From a virus (taxonomy: Duplodnaviria > Caudoviricetes), in IMG/VR virus record IMGVR_UViG_3300011338_000368, positions 1 to 57,670 of that record: DNA of 57,670 bases; one strand, given 5' to 3'. The position numbers were made by a program, and so were the translations under genes. The notes below the pieces were generated by a model. The model was not told the DNA's origin. It ran no database searches and saw only the letters and a list, made by a program, of their open reading frames with translations. Positions 9,138-21,700 of this stretch are shown piece after piece. Each line of letters begins with the position of its first letter. The first letter of the stretch is position 1.

Positions 9138-9559
9138 TAATACCAGCAAACAGAATACTTCCGAAAGAAATCAGAAGACTTAAAAACTCTGAGGTGCTAG
9201 TATTCGAGACAGACAATGATGGCAACCATGACCTGCCACAAGGTAGGAAGGCTATACTATACGGAACAGCATACGGAGCTATAAACAAACTATCAGGCAG
9301 AGGATATGGCATACCTACATACTCTACTCATAGGTTCCACAGGTTACATCCTATGATTGTGAAGAAGCATGTCAAAAGATTTATTTCTTTCGCTAAAAAA
9401 CATCCGCATATAACATTCCTATTGTCTCCATTCGGAACGTCAAGGAAGACGTATGATAGGAGATACTTTGCTTATCTATTCAAGGAAGCAATAAGGATTA
9501 ATAACATAATTTTACCAAAAGGATATGCAAATATATACAATAAAGAAATAATTTTGTAG
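9134..9559 (+). CDS. A1S_2505-like phage non-structural protein (degenerate, macro-like fold)
   Basis: LKNSEVLVF..N.GNH...GA....GRGYGIPT...V.RFI.FAK.HP.ITFLL..G. Confidence 0.6.
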   Translation: MIIPANRILPKEIRRLKNSEVLVFETDNDGNHDLPQGRKAILYGTAYGAINKLSGRGYGIPTYSTHRFHRLHPMIVKKHVKRFISFAKKHPHITFLLSPFGTSRKTYDRRYFAYLFKEAIRINNIILPKGYANIYNKEIIL

Positions 9560-9560
9560 T

Positions 9561-9749
9561 ATGGATAAGCAGTTAGAAAAATTTATAAATTGGGTGAACG
9601 CAGAAATGGCAGAAATTAATGCAGCCACGGATTCTATCTACGAGTCATTGGCGGATAGAGATGACAAGTTAGTCACCAAATCTGTGATTACACTACAGAA
9701 AAAAATAGCTACATTAGCTGAACGATATCAAGCAAAGAAGCCTATCTAA
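9561..9749 (+). CDS. hypothetical coiled-coil protein
   Basis: 62 aa; TAATTTTG lies 4 nt before the ATG; stop overlaps the convergent giant gene's stop. Confidence 0.65.
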   Translation: MDKQLEKFINWVNAEMAEINAATDSIYESLADRDDKLVTKSVITLQKKIATLAERYQAKKPI

Positions 9750-12700
9750 GGCTTCTTCGCTGGTATTTTTCTACCTTGAAGTATATAATTTGTATACACT
9801 TCTGGGTAATCTAAAACTTTATCATTGTCTTTAGGATTCTCTAATCTAACTGGTTCTCCTCCACTATAATTTCTTGCATTTTCTATATTCTTAATAATAT
9901 TATCCATATCAGAAGGAGATAGTATTTTGTCTTGTAGAGTTTTATCTGCAATAGCATCAATAGTTTTCCCTGAAGGTAACACACCCGTTACAGTAAGTGC
10001 TGCGATTATTATATTCTTTGCCATCATTGCTTTTACAGGTTTTTGTTTTTCTAATAAAGCATCCCTCTCGTTTAATAGTTCATAATATTTTGATTGCGAA
10101 GACTCTTCTCTTGGAACCTTAACACCCTTCTCGTGGTTTTCAATCTTCTTATTAACCTCTCTTAATCTATCGCCATATTTATTATCAAACATTCTATATC
10201 CAGTTACAGCTGCTTTAAAGAATGGATTAAAAACACCAGTATTATCTATAATGAAATTTAACTCTGGGTCTTTCCTAGTCCTATCAATCATTTTTGAGTA
10301 CATTATACCATCCCTATACTTATTGTATGGGTCAGATGAGATTGCAGGATGAATAAATTTCTCGTTAGCATACTCAACGGCTGGTGCCATAAATAAATTA
10401 CTAAATATAGCTCCAGAATTTCTACCTAAGATAATACCTACAGCTGATTGAGCTGCCCCTTTGTTAAATGAATGTGACATTGTTTCCTCTGGCGCTGCTG
10501 CTTTTGTTGCCTTCTCTATAAACTCTTTATCATAAGTTCTCAAAGAAGTGCCCATACTTACATTGTCTTTTATACCTGTAATACTTCCTTGTATTCTAGG
10601 CATAGTACCAACCCATTTATACTTAGCGGTTCCATCGGTTATAATTTTACCTGATGTATCCGAAGGAGGATTGGTAGATGTTACACCACCTGTTACAACT
10701 TCATATATGTTACCTGCGGATATAATTTTCTTGCCAGCAGTTACTGTTGATTTTTCAGCCCAATCATCACCCTCTATATTCATATAGTCAAGTTGCAACC
10801 TTGCTCTTCTTCTTCTTTTCTCTTCTGAGTCATCACCACCTGTTATGCCGTTTACAATAGCAAATCCTAATCCTGTTAAAAGTAATAATACCTTTGCTCT
10901 AACAGAGTTATATACCCCTCCTCTCGCTAAGATAGCTGCCAATAGTCTAACACCTCTTGCTCTATCTATCTTCCCACTCTTTATAAGCGCATACGCTGCA
11001 TCCATACCTACCTGATTTTCATTTTTAGAAAACGACCTTAAAAATCCATCAATACTAGTCATGAAGCTATTGTAATCTCTTCTAACGGATTCTTTAGCCA
11101 TACCTACAAATGGATTTTTACTACTTGCTATATCAACAATAACCCTATCTGCTTCTGTTGTAGCTTTCTCTAATGCATCTTTATATTCTTCTAAATAATC
11201 ATAATCTTTTTTTATTATTTTTTCTAAATCAATTTCAGTACCAGTTTCTTTTTTAAATTCTAATCTCAATGTCCCTTCCCAAGCCATTCTTCCAACAGCT
11301 AAATCTGGTGCAGTAACTAAAAAGTCTGATACTGCTTCGCCACCTTTTTGTGCTTGTAAAAGTGAATTATAATACACTACTTGTGCGACATTACTAGCGC
11401 CATCAATAAAGTGCTTCTTGTCTCTTACATCTATATCAAAACTATTCGGGTCTAAGAATGCTCCAGATTGGCCTTTGTGTGGGTATAATCTATCAATACT
11501 ATAGCTATCAAGAGCTTCCATAGCTTGTGATAATTCAAAGTTTCTTTGGTATGCATTATTTTTTATACCTTCTAATATGTTTTCAGTATATGCAATACCA
11601 GCAAAAATTGCGTTACCTGCAAACTCGGCTGGGGCTTTATCTATCTTAGCAAGCATATATCTAGCACCAACTTTCTTTATATAATTAAATACATCAGTCC
11701 ATACTTTATCGGACATTACAAAACTTCTATTTATAATAGAATCTGTTATCTCTTTAAAAACAAACTGTAGTGATTTCGCAACATCATTAGCCTTCTCATC
11801 ATCAGCCGTGTCTTCTACTAATTTATCAAATATAGCCTCAACAGTTTTGATTGGATTTAACAAACAATAATCCATCATAACATCTCTGTTCGCAGCATTA
11901 AATGTATTGTATGGGTCAAGGGATACTGCATGAGCCGTACCATCTCTTTCTATAATAGTCCCAGCTTTGGTAGTTCCTTTAGCGAATACTTGTGAAGCAC
12001 TTGGAGGTGTAGCAGATAAAGATGTTTGTTGATTTATTACGTTTAACATCATGTAGTTTGCTCTTGGATTAAATGGAACTCCTCTAAGAGATACCGCAAC
12101 ATGTTGAGCGTATGGTGTTAGCTTTTCATAATAACTAGCTAACATCTCAGCTGCATTCTTTTCAACCTCACTAAAGCTATCCCATATTTTAGCCGTGTCT
12201 ATTTTTACTTCTCCAGTAGTCGCATCTGTTATAGAAAATTCTTCAATTAATTTTCTTAATTCAGCTTTATCTTTTTTAGTTAAATTACCATCTTTCAATG
12301 TTTTTTCAAGATGCATCATTGCAGGTATTACTTCTCTATTTCCAATATTTGACTCATACTCTAGTTGTAATTTGTACATTGTCATCTTATAGCAATGCTG
12401 TACTGCTTTATACATATTACCATTAAATGATGCTAATACTTTTTGGAAGATAACATCGGCATCCATTGAGTTTATTTTAAACAAGTATTTTGCATAACCA
12501 CTGGCCAATGCTTTAAACGTATTGTTAAATACATCATTGTTTTTAAAGTTGCCAATTAGATTATCTATCCTTCTAATTGATTGGTTCATGAAGTAAGCCA
12601 ATGTTTTACTAAAGTCTTTCGGGCTGTCTCTATACCAAGTCTTATTGTCAAACCACCCTCTTAACTTAGCCTTCTGTTCACTAAACCACATTAAACTAAC

Positions 12701-15700
12701 GCTTGTTAGCTTAGGCATGATGGCCTTAACCCCCTTATTAATGTTAGACTTTACCTGTTGATTATTTAAAAGGAATGGTATCTTGCCCATATCAGCATTT
12801 TTTACAAAGTTGTCAAGTGCCTCCACAGCTGCTATCTTCTCAGCCATAGTCTCAAAGTCATCAATAGATAACTTTAAAAAGTTTTTCAATTGAGCCATCT
12901 CTGCATCTGTTAAAACAGCACTAGGAGCTACCGCCTTTGCAGCCTGTAATAAACTATCGTGCTCAGATGCTAAGTACTCTAAAGCTTTTTCTTCATCTAA
13001 TGGCTCTACAACTCTAGTTGTTGTAGGATTATTCGCATCATAAGTTTCTTGCTCTGCCATAGCTCTATTAAGATAGTCTAGCATCTCATTAACATCTATT
13101 GCTTTTCTTATCTTTACTCCATTTTCTTTTACACCAACTAAAGCATCTTTTATTTTCTTTGCTGCTTCTAAGTGTGCATCAATATCAGAAATAGCCTCTG
13201 GGTTTATTTTGGCAAAACTTAAAGCTATAGACCTTGTATCTGGTGGTATAGCATTATTGCTAGCCGCTCTCTTCATTGCTGCATTTAGGGCTCTTGCTTG
13301 AGCTACTTTATCTGCGTATTCTGCATCGTTAAATATCTTGCTAGCATAGTCCAATACGCTATTAACTGAGTCTTTATTAGCAGTGTTCATGTTACTGAAC
13401 TTGTTAATCAATGCCTTTGCAGATGTTATAGATATCTTCTTACCTTTAGCTAAACCTTTTATTATTTCTCCAATTTTTTTAACTGCATCTTCGATAGACT
13501 TAGCTCCATCATTGGCGGCTTTTATCTCTAGTCTTATCTGGTCTTTTAATGCCGTAACTTCGTTTACAGAAATTATATTTTTATTTCTAGGCTCAATGAC
13601 TCTCTTCTGAACAATACCCTTAGTCTTTAAGAAATCAATAATTGCATTCTCTCTTTCGATGTCATCTGTTTGTTCATATAGCTTACTAGATTTAATTATA
13701 TCAACAACTTTTCTAGCTAATGCTTTTACATCTAGTTTATCTATTTTTGTTTTCTTAGCTTCTTGATTAAACGTATCGTTTAATATGTCAGATACTCTTG
13801 ACTGTTTAGATTTAATCGTTACTGCATTTTCATCAAACACCACATAGTTAAATCCTCTAGCTGTTTCTGACGTTGCACCTTTTGATACGCTTTCAGCAGG
13901 ATATTTTATACCATCAATGCCTGCTCTAAGCATAAATAATGATGCCTCTTTCATGGCTGCATTCAAAAAAGAAATTGATTGGCTGAATTTAATTCCTTTA
14001 TTTTGAGATATTATTGTACCTATCTCTCTATATATATCTTTTGATAATGGATTATTTTTCTTAATTAAATCTTTATTTATATTAACATTTTCTTTATTTG
14101 CCTGCTCTGATATTTTATTAAGTTGACTATCAGTTAACGGCTTATCCCACTCTAACCAAGTATATTGTTCAGGTGTTTTACCTTCGTGAATAGTAACTTC
14201 ATAAAGTTTTTCTTTATTTTTCCCATCATTATATGTTTCTATTAAAGATAAGGCTTCATCCCTTTGTTTATCTAAACCTTTAATAGTATTGTCGTTTACA
14301 TAATTTATTAAATCTTGTTTTGTAGGGGCTCCTTTTGTACTTGAAATTGCATCCTGCAAAAGACCTAAAGTCTTAGCTGAAATATTATTTTTACCAAACT
14401 TTTTTTCTATTGACAGTATATTTAATGTTTTACCATTAAAATTAGGTAATTTTTTTGTCAATGCTTTTGCATATCCTTCTGCAATAGCTTTTAAATCAGT
14501 AAAATATAATCCCCAACCAAATGCTTGTGCACCTTCTCCAGTACCTATTGCATCTGTAGTAAACTTATCAAAACTATGTGGACTCCCATGCCAAGCTGTT
14601 ACAGACTGTTTAGATTTAATAACCTCTTTGCTTGGTATTAAAGATGCTGTTGGCTCTTTAGCAATAGATATATTTCTAGCTTCTTTAATAGCCCCTTCGT
14701 AATCATCAGTATATTCTCCATCAGATTTATTGTACTCAGGGAATTTACCATAGTTCTTACCTATGTTTTCTCTGCTTCCCCCATCCCAATATAAAACAAC
14801 AATATCAGGTTTTGATTTCAATATAGTATTTTCCCATCCTGCTTCTGCGTATTCTGGATTAAACTTAATACGTTTATAAGGTTTAAACCCAAACTTAGAA
14901 TAGTATTCAGGAAGGAATGTATCATAAGCATCTGCATATCTAGCCCCAAGCTTTATAGAAGTTAGCAATAATGGTTTCAATAAGTTCTTACCTTCAGCAG
15001 ATGTATTCTTAAACCCACCCCCAGCATTACCATCAGCATAAACCATCATCCCAACTTTACCATCTTTTGTGATTAAAAGTCTTCCTCCTTTATCTATTAT
15101 TTCTTGGATTTTTTCTACTGGTTTAAGTTCAACTTGAATACCTGCTAGCGTATCGCTTTCTTTAGCATTTTTCATTGCTGTATAGAACGCTGAAGCATCA
15201 TCTATTTCATACACTTCACTTCCTTCAACTACATATTTATTTACTGGCTTAACTGATTTACCTTCAATAGTTACGACATCGCCATAAGCATTTTCTGTTG
15301 CCCAGTCTGGTAAGAATCCTATTTTTTGTTCTGCAAATGGTCTTTCATTAGCTGACAAATATCCTTTATCACCTTTCTTCTTAATAGAACCATCTGAGTT
15401 TCTCATGTGCTTCCCAAAATTAACCCATGAGTTTTGACCTCTAGTAGTAGCAGTCAAAGCTTTTTGTGCTAATCCAGTAAACATACTCATGTGATTACGC
15501 CAAGCATTCTCTTCCCCTGTGGCTCCAAAACCATTACCAAATTCATTATGGCCAAATAGGTCATGTACACCTCTTATCAACTCAACATTTGTCATAGGTA
15601 TGCCATTCGCATCTTTATACCCACTATCTTGTAATCCAATGTTTTCTTTGTCAAAAGTTCTGTCAGTCCCAAAACTTTTTGAAGATGGGTCTATGAATAT

Positions 15701-18700
15701 TCTTTTAGTTTTGCGAACATCATCAACCATTGCTTTACTATTACTATTGTAACCTTCCCCTTCATTCGCAATTTGGAACTTATATCCTTTTGACATCAAT
15801 GCATCTGCCTGACTCTTAATTTGTGTTATAAGGTCTGCAAACCCTTTCTTTACAGAAGGGTCATTTGGAGAATGCTTCATTTGGTCATAAGCATCAGCAA
15901 TTCTTTTACCATCTTTATCAGATACTGCAAATGTCATATTTGGAGTATTTGTACTAAGATTATTCTTACGCTTATAGCTATCAGAAATTTCCGAAATACT
16001 ATTATCTCTACCAATAAATATATTAGTACTTATTAAATTATCTTCATTACTTCTTGACTGCTTAGATTTAATTTCACCACCATTATACTTATCTGCTAAC
16101 TTTTTAGGAACACCTCTTGACAAAATAGGATGCTCCATAATGTCTTTAGCAGTAATATCTTTTATACCATAAAATGCGCTTCTGTATTTCTCACTGTTTC
16201 CATTTGCTTTAGATGCAGCTGCATTGTATATGTCTTGGTTTAATTTTTCATCTACAGCAGCAGTTGATAGGCTTCCATTGGTTCTCATCTGCTTAGTCAA
16301 TGCAGCATCGATAGTAAGCGCCTTAGGAGACTCAGCACGGTACCCATTACCCCACTTAGCGACAACCATATCAAAACCATTCTTAGCTGCTAATTGAGCA
16401 ATAAAATCGGCTTGTCTGTTAGGAGAAAATGCTTGACCTTTTGAGTGAGCTTCTGAGTTTTTCTTAGCCTCATCAAACAATCCTAAAACATCTTTATTGA
16501 AACTATATACTTTATCGGCTGGAACTCTTACAACATTTACTTTTCCGCCAACCATTCCTTCTCTATCGCTCTCGTTAGTGTAGTAGTAGTTAGCTGTATA
16601 TACACGCTTATCGGTTGTATATGCCTTTGGTGTTCCTTTCCTTGCGTCTATTTTAGAACCCTTAATATCACCATAATGGAAGAATAATAAATCACCATTA
16701 TCAGCAACCGTCATAGACTTCATGTCAGTTGCAGTAAGACCCCCTCTTGACTGCTTAGAACCCATCTCTGGAGCTCCAGATTTTTGTGACTGTGAACGTA
16801 GTTTTGTATTACCTAAGTTACCAGTTCTAATAGCATCTACTAGAGAAGAGAAGTATCTAACTGTATCATTACTATTTTTAACATTTTCAAATGGCTTTAA
16901 TTTCCCATTGGTAATTTTTAGCACTATTTTATTGATAGCTTCAGCAATGCGTCTGAATACATTAGGTTCTATTTTCTCGCTATCTTTTAATATTGCCCCT
17001 AATTGTACGAGATACTCTTCTGGCTGCTCTGTATCATCATAAGCCTTTATAAATTCTTTTAATTTTGCATTTTTAGTGAAACCAACACTTTTAGCTACCT
17101 GATTTTTTAAGTCTTCAAATGTTTCAGGTTTATCTCCAAGTTCAGAGAGTAAAATAGGGTGTATAGCTTCATGGATAACTGTTGTAACTGAAGCATTTGG
17201 ATGTGATAAGTTAATATCTATACGAACAGTATACTTTCCATTGCTATCTTTTATATATGCAAAATTTCCATCTGTCGTGGAAGCTTCTTTCCCATTTGCT
17301 GTAGCATCTAAAACTTTTTGGAAGTCATTACTATTTTCATGGAAGTGAATTTCTAAGTCAGGGAATAATTTATTTAATACTTTTAATGCTGTTTTTGCAG
17401 CCGTAAATAAAGGAACATGAACTTTGCTGGTAGGCGCTCCCTCTGAAGCTTTTATACCAACTGGTAAAGAGTCAAATACTGTTCTAGTCTTAGGTGTTTC
17501 TTTGATGGATTGTTCTGTTACTTTTTTCAAATTACGATTATCCCACAACGCTTTAGCTTCTTTTGATTGTTTATTTGGCGAAGGCTCTAATTCAATACCT
17601 TTTCGTAATTCTATGAAATCATATACCTTACTTGCAAGTCCTCTTCTTCTATGCTTTTCATTAATTCTTATATTCTCCAAAAAATTAGCATCGGCACTTA
17701 GTTGTGCTTTGCCAATTTCATTTCCATTTGCATCTTCAATTACAAATGTGTTAGTATTTCCATTCTCATTTATTTGAGACAAAGTGTATTTAGTGCCATT
17801 TGCATCCACTACTTGCCTTGCTACATAAATATCTACACCTGCTTCTTTGTTAACCCTCTGTGCATCTAATTCTTGCTGCTTCACATCTCCCACTACACCA
17901 ACACTACCTTCTTTTTCTTTTTCTAACAACGGAGTAATTAACTTATCATATTTAGCATAAACCTCATCAAATGCTTTTCTATCTGCATTGTTTGTAAGCT
18001 TAGTCCTATCTACCTTACCATATACTCTATATTGGTCTGCATTTGGTATTTTTTCATCAAGTTCTGCTTGCTCTTCAGTTCTTAGTCTTTCTACTTCAGT
18101 AATAGAAGTGCTATTGTCTTTTTGGTTGTCTTTACCATTTTCCTCTGTTGTTTGTTGAGTAGTTACATTATTACCATTATTTGTTGATTTTAACACTGGT
18201 AATCGTATTGCTACACTTTCTATAGTAATCTGACCTGAATCATCTGTTTTCCTAATAACATCATTTTCAGTAAGGCCTAATTTGCTCAATAGAGGAGCAA
18301 GTTGTTTCTTTATTTTTTCAAAATTTTGTTGTCTTTTAGCTTCTGTATTGCCTAAGTCTACAACATTAAAATCTTTCTTATCTTGCTCATTATTATTTAC
18401 AGCTGATAGTTCAACTTTATTCCCTGATACATTTATAAATACTTCTTCTGTCACAGGATTCCCTGATTCGTCAGTCAATATCTCATATCCTCTATTTAGC
18501 TGTTCTGCATAAACACCTAAACCATCTGTAGATATATTTGTTTTTTCAGTATATTCATGTCCTGCTGGCAATAATCTCTGGGCTTCAGAAATCATTGTTT
18601 TAAAGTTTTTGGTATTGCCTGATTTATTCTCCATTTTAGAAGTCCATCTTTCAGTAGCCTTACCATTTTCATATACTCTAACATACCCAACAAAATCGTT

Positions 18701-21700
18701 ATTAGACGTGCCTGTCATAATAACATCTACTATACCACTAGTAGGGTTTGTATACTCAGTTATTCCAATGCCATTTACTTCTCTATATGATGATATTTTA
18801 GATTTTTCATTACTACCACCAACCTCCATTGAGTTTTTAGTTTCATCAGGGAATAATTCAGTGTTTGGCCTGCTATCTATTGCCTCTTTACTATTAGCAT
18901 TTTGTGTGGTAAATATTCCTTCCTTCTTAATCTTATCAATAGTCTTCTGGTCTGTAACAGAAGTGCCATCCTCTAGTTTTATGTTACCATCTTTATCTTC
19001 AACATATAACTTGCCTTCAAACTCATAAGTACCAACGCCATCTATCGTTTTAGCAGGTGTTGTTGTTACAGTACCATCTGCGTTAGTAGTTACTACTTGA
19101 CCATTGTCGACAGCCGCTACTGTTTCTAAACTAATAGCTTGAAGCTGCTTGTTAATTTCAGTTATTCTTTGTTTTTTTGCTAATGTTAAATTCTCATCCT
19201 TACCCTTTACCTCTTGCTCAATAGCCATTCTTTCTTTAATTAAATCGAATGACTTCTTTTGATTCTCAACAGATATATCGGTAGGTATTTTACTCGCTAT
19301 ATATCCAAATTCCTTTACACCAGCTAAATATGCCTTACCCTCATCTAAAGTTATTTCTTTGTTGGCTATTTTTAATTTAATATCTGTAACCCAACTTTTC
19401 ATAACAGCAGGGTATTGTAATGCTTGTCTAACTAATTCAAACTGTTTATTGTTTATTGACTCAACCTTAATCTTATTAACAATCGTATGTCCAGCAGTTG
19501 ATACAGCCCCAAAAACAAATCCACCAACCATACCAGATTTTAAACTTTCCCAATATGCATTTACACTATTATTTACATCAAAATGTTTTTCTTTTAATAT
19601 GTTATTAACTATACTATTGTTTACATTATTTGTTACATCTTGTAGTACATTCTCAAACCCTTCAATGGTAGTTTGCTCTAATAATATTCCAGCTGTTTTT
19701 ACAAAGTTTTCAGAAATATATTTATTTAGCCCTACCTTATTTACCCCACTTTGGATAAAGTCTGAAAACATTTTAGCTGATATTAATTCCTTTGCAGCAA
19801 TTTCACTACCTGCTTTTTTAGTAAGGCCTACCCATGCCATTGATTTACCAAAAGCTTTCATGCTAATGTTTTCAATATACCCCTGAACCATAGCATTAGG
19901 CAATGTTGTTGCTAATAATTGATTTATAGTTAGGTTTGCATTCCTTGGGTCATTTAAAGCTGCTGGAATTTTTTCTCCAAGTATTTGAAGTGCAAATATT
20001 TCAGCTGCAACTGGTTGCAATGCTGGAACCATACCTAATGCCATAGCAGGAACAGACCTAGGAAGTTGCATTAGTATACTACCAATACTCCCTTCTTCTA
20101 TTTTTTTCTGAACGTACTCATCGGATACATTTGCTTTAAATATGCTAGAAGCAGATTTTAATTGGCTGGCAAATTCTATTATATCTTTCTTCTGTTGCTC
20201 ATCAATATTTCTAACTACCTCATCTCCTTGGAATAACCCTTTAATATTCTTATTTACAAAATTATATCCGAATGGTTTCAGTGGGTTTGAGAATCCAAGC
20301 CCAATAGTTTTCTCTAAAGAATAAAGACCATTTAATATGTCTTCCCCTCCAGCTACGAAATTGTTCCATGCTGCACCAGTAAGACTTCCTCTTGTTGCTT
20401 TTGCATCAAATACATGCCCAGCATATACTTTATTTATTGTACTAAGTGCTGATACTGTATTATTTTCTTTAGATAAATTATCCCTTAATGCATCTAGTCT
20501 ATCTAGCTCTTTGTTATTTTCTTCGGTATAACCCTCTTTAGATATTTTATTTTTTAAATTATCATAGCTTAAAGTATAGTCATTAACCTTTTTCTCTAAA
20601 TCTCTAATAGATATGTTCACAAGATTTCCTTGTTCTTCAAGGTCTTTTGTATATTTTTCAGATAACACATAAGATAAATTCCTGTCTACTTGGTAGGATG
20701 GTTGCTCTTGGTAAGGTCTATTTGCATCTGTTGCAGTTACTGTATATGTCTGAGCAGGTGCAGTAAATGGCTTAGACTTAACATTAGCAGTTGGAGGTGT
20801 AGGAACTAATGAAGGGTCTAACTGCTTTAAGTTCTCTATAATTAATTTACCTTTTGGATTTTTATCTAAATCAGATATACTTGCTCTAATTGCATCTCTT
20901 GCTGCTTTTTCTTCTGCTGGAGTTATTTTTTTTGCAGGATAAACTATTTCGTTGCCGCTTACTCTAGCACCCAATACCTCGTATGGTTTGTATTGCGCAT
21001 CTACAGGCCTAGGAAGCCCTAGTGAAGCGTATGGATTCCCTGTAGGGTTAGCATTCCAATCCTCAACAGCTTTCTTTTTTGACTTGTATGTTGATATTTC
21101 TTTGTTTATTTTCTCTAAAACTAACTTAGCTTCACCTTTTGTTTTTGGTAGTGTGTATCTACTACCAGTAGCCCTGTTATATTCAGCTACAGATTTAGAT
21201 GCTTCTTTAACTTGCTTTGCCTCAAACTTTTTAACTTCTTCCGCCTGCACTTTAGCAGCAGCAGCTTTTAATTTCGGGAAAATAAACTGATACTCTTCAT
21301 TCGTCTTTACTATTGGAAACCTTTCCTTTTCTGGAAGCTTACTATTTAACTCAGCTATAGTAGAGTTGTTTTTCTTTAATTGCTTTTCATTGTATGCATC
21401 CCATTTTGCTACATGCGTTTGGTCGTAGTCCTCAACTGACTTAAATGGAGCTATACCATACTGTTTGGCTAATTTATTTGTATTAGCTAACCACTCGTCT
21501 TCATTCTTTTTATTAATTGCATTATCAATAGGGTCTGTTATACCACTATTAAAATCCCATAACTTTTCTACTGGGGTAAACTTTATTCCAGTACTTTTCG
21601 ATTTTTCAGCATATTCTTTGTTTAGCTTATTTTTAAGTTTTTCTTCTAAGAAATCCTCTTCTTTAGGGGATACAATGTCATCATATTTTTTTGGTTTGTA

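Noticed and set aside
11425-11450. NSFDIDVRD in the giant protein as a crAss-like virion RNA polymerase DFDID motif
   Set aside because: The first Asp is missing (S-F-D-I-D) and no other RNAP motifs were recognised. The domain content fits a polyvalent protein.
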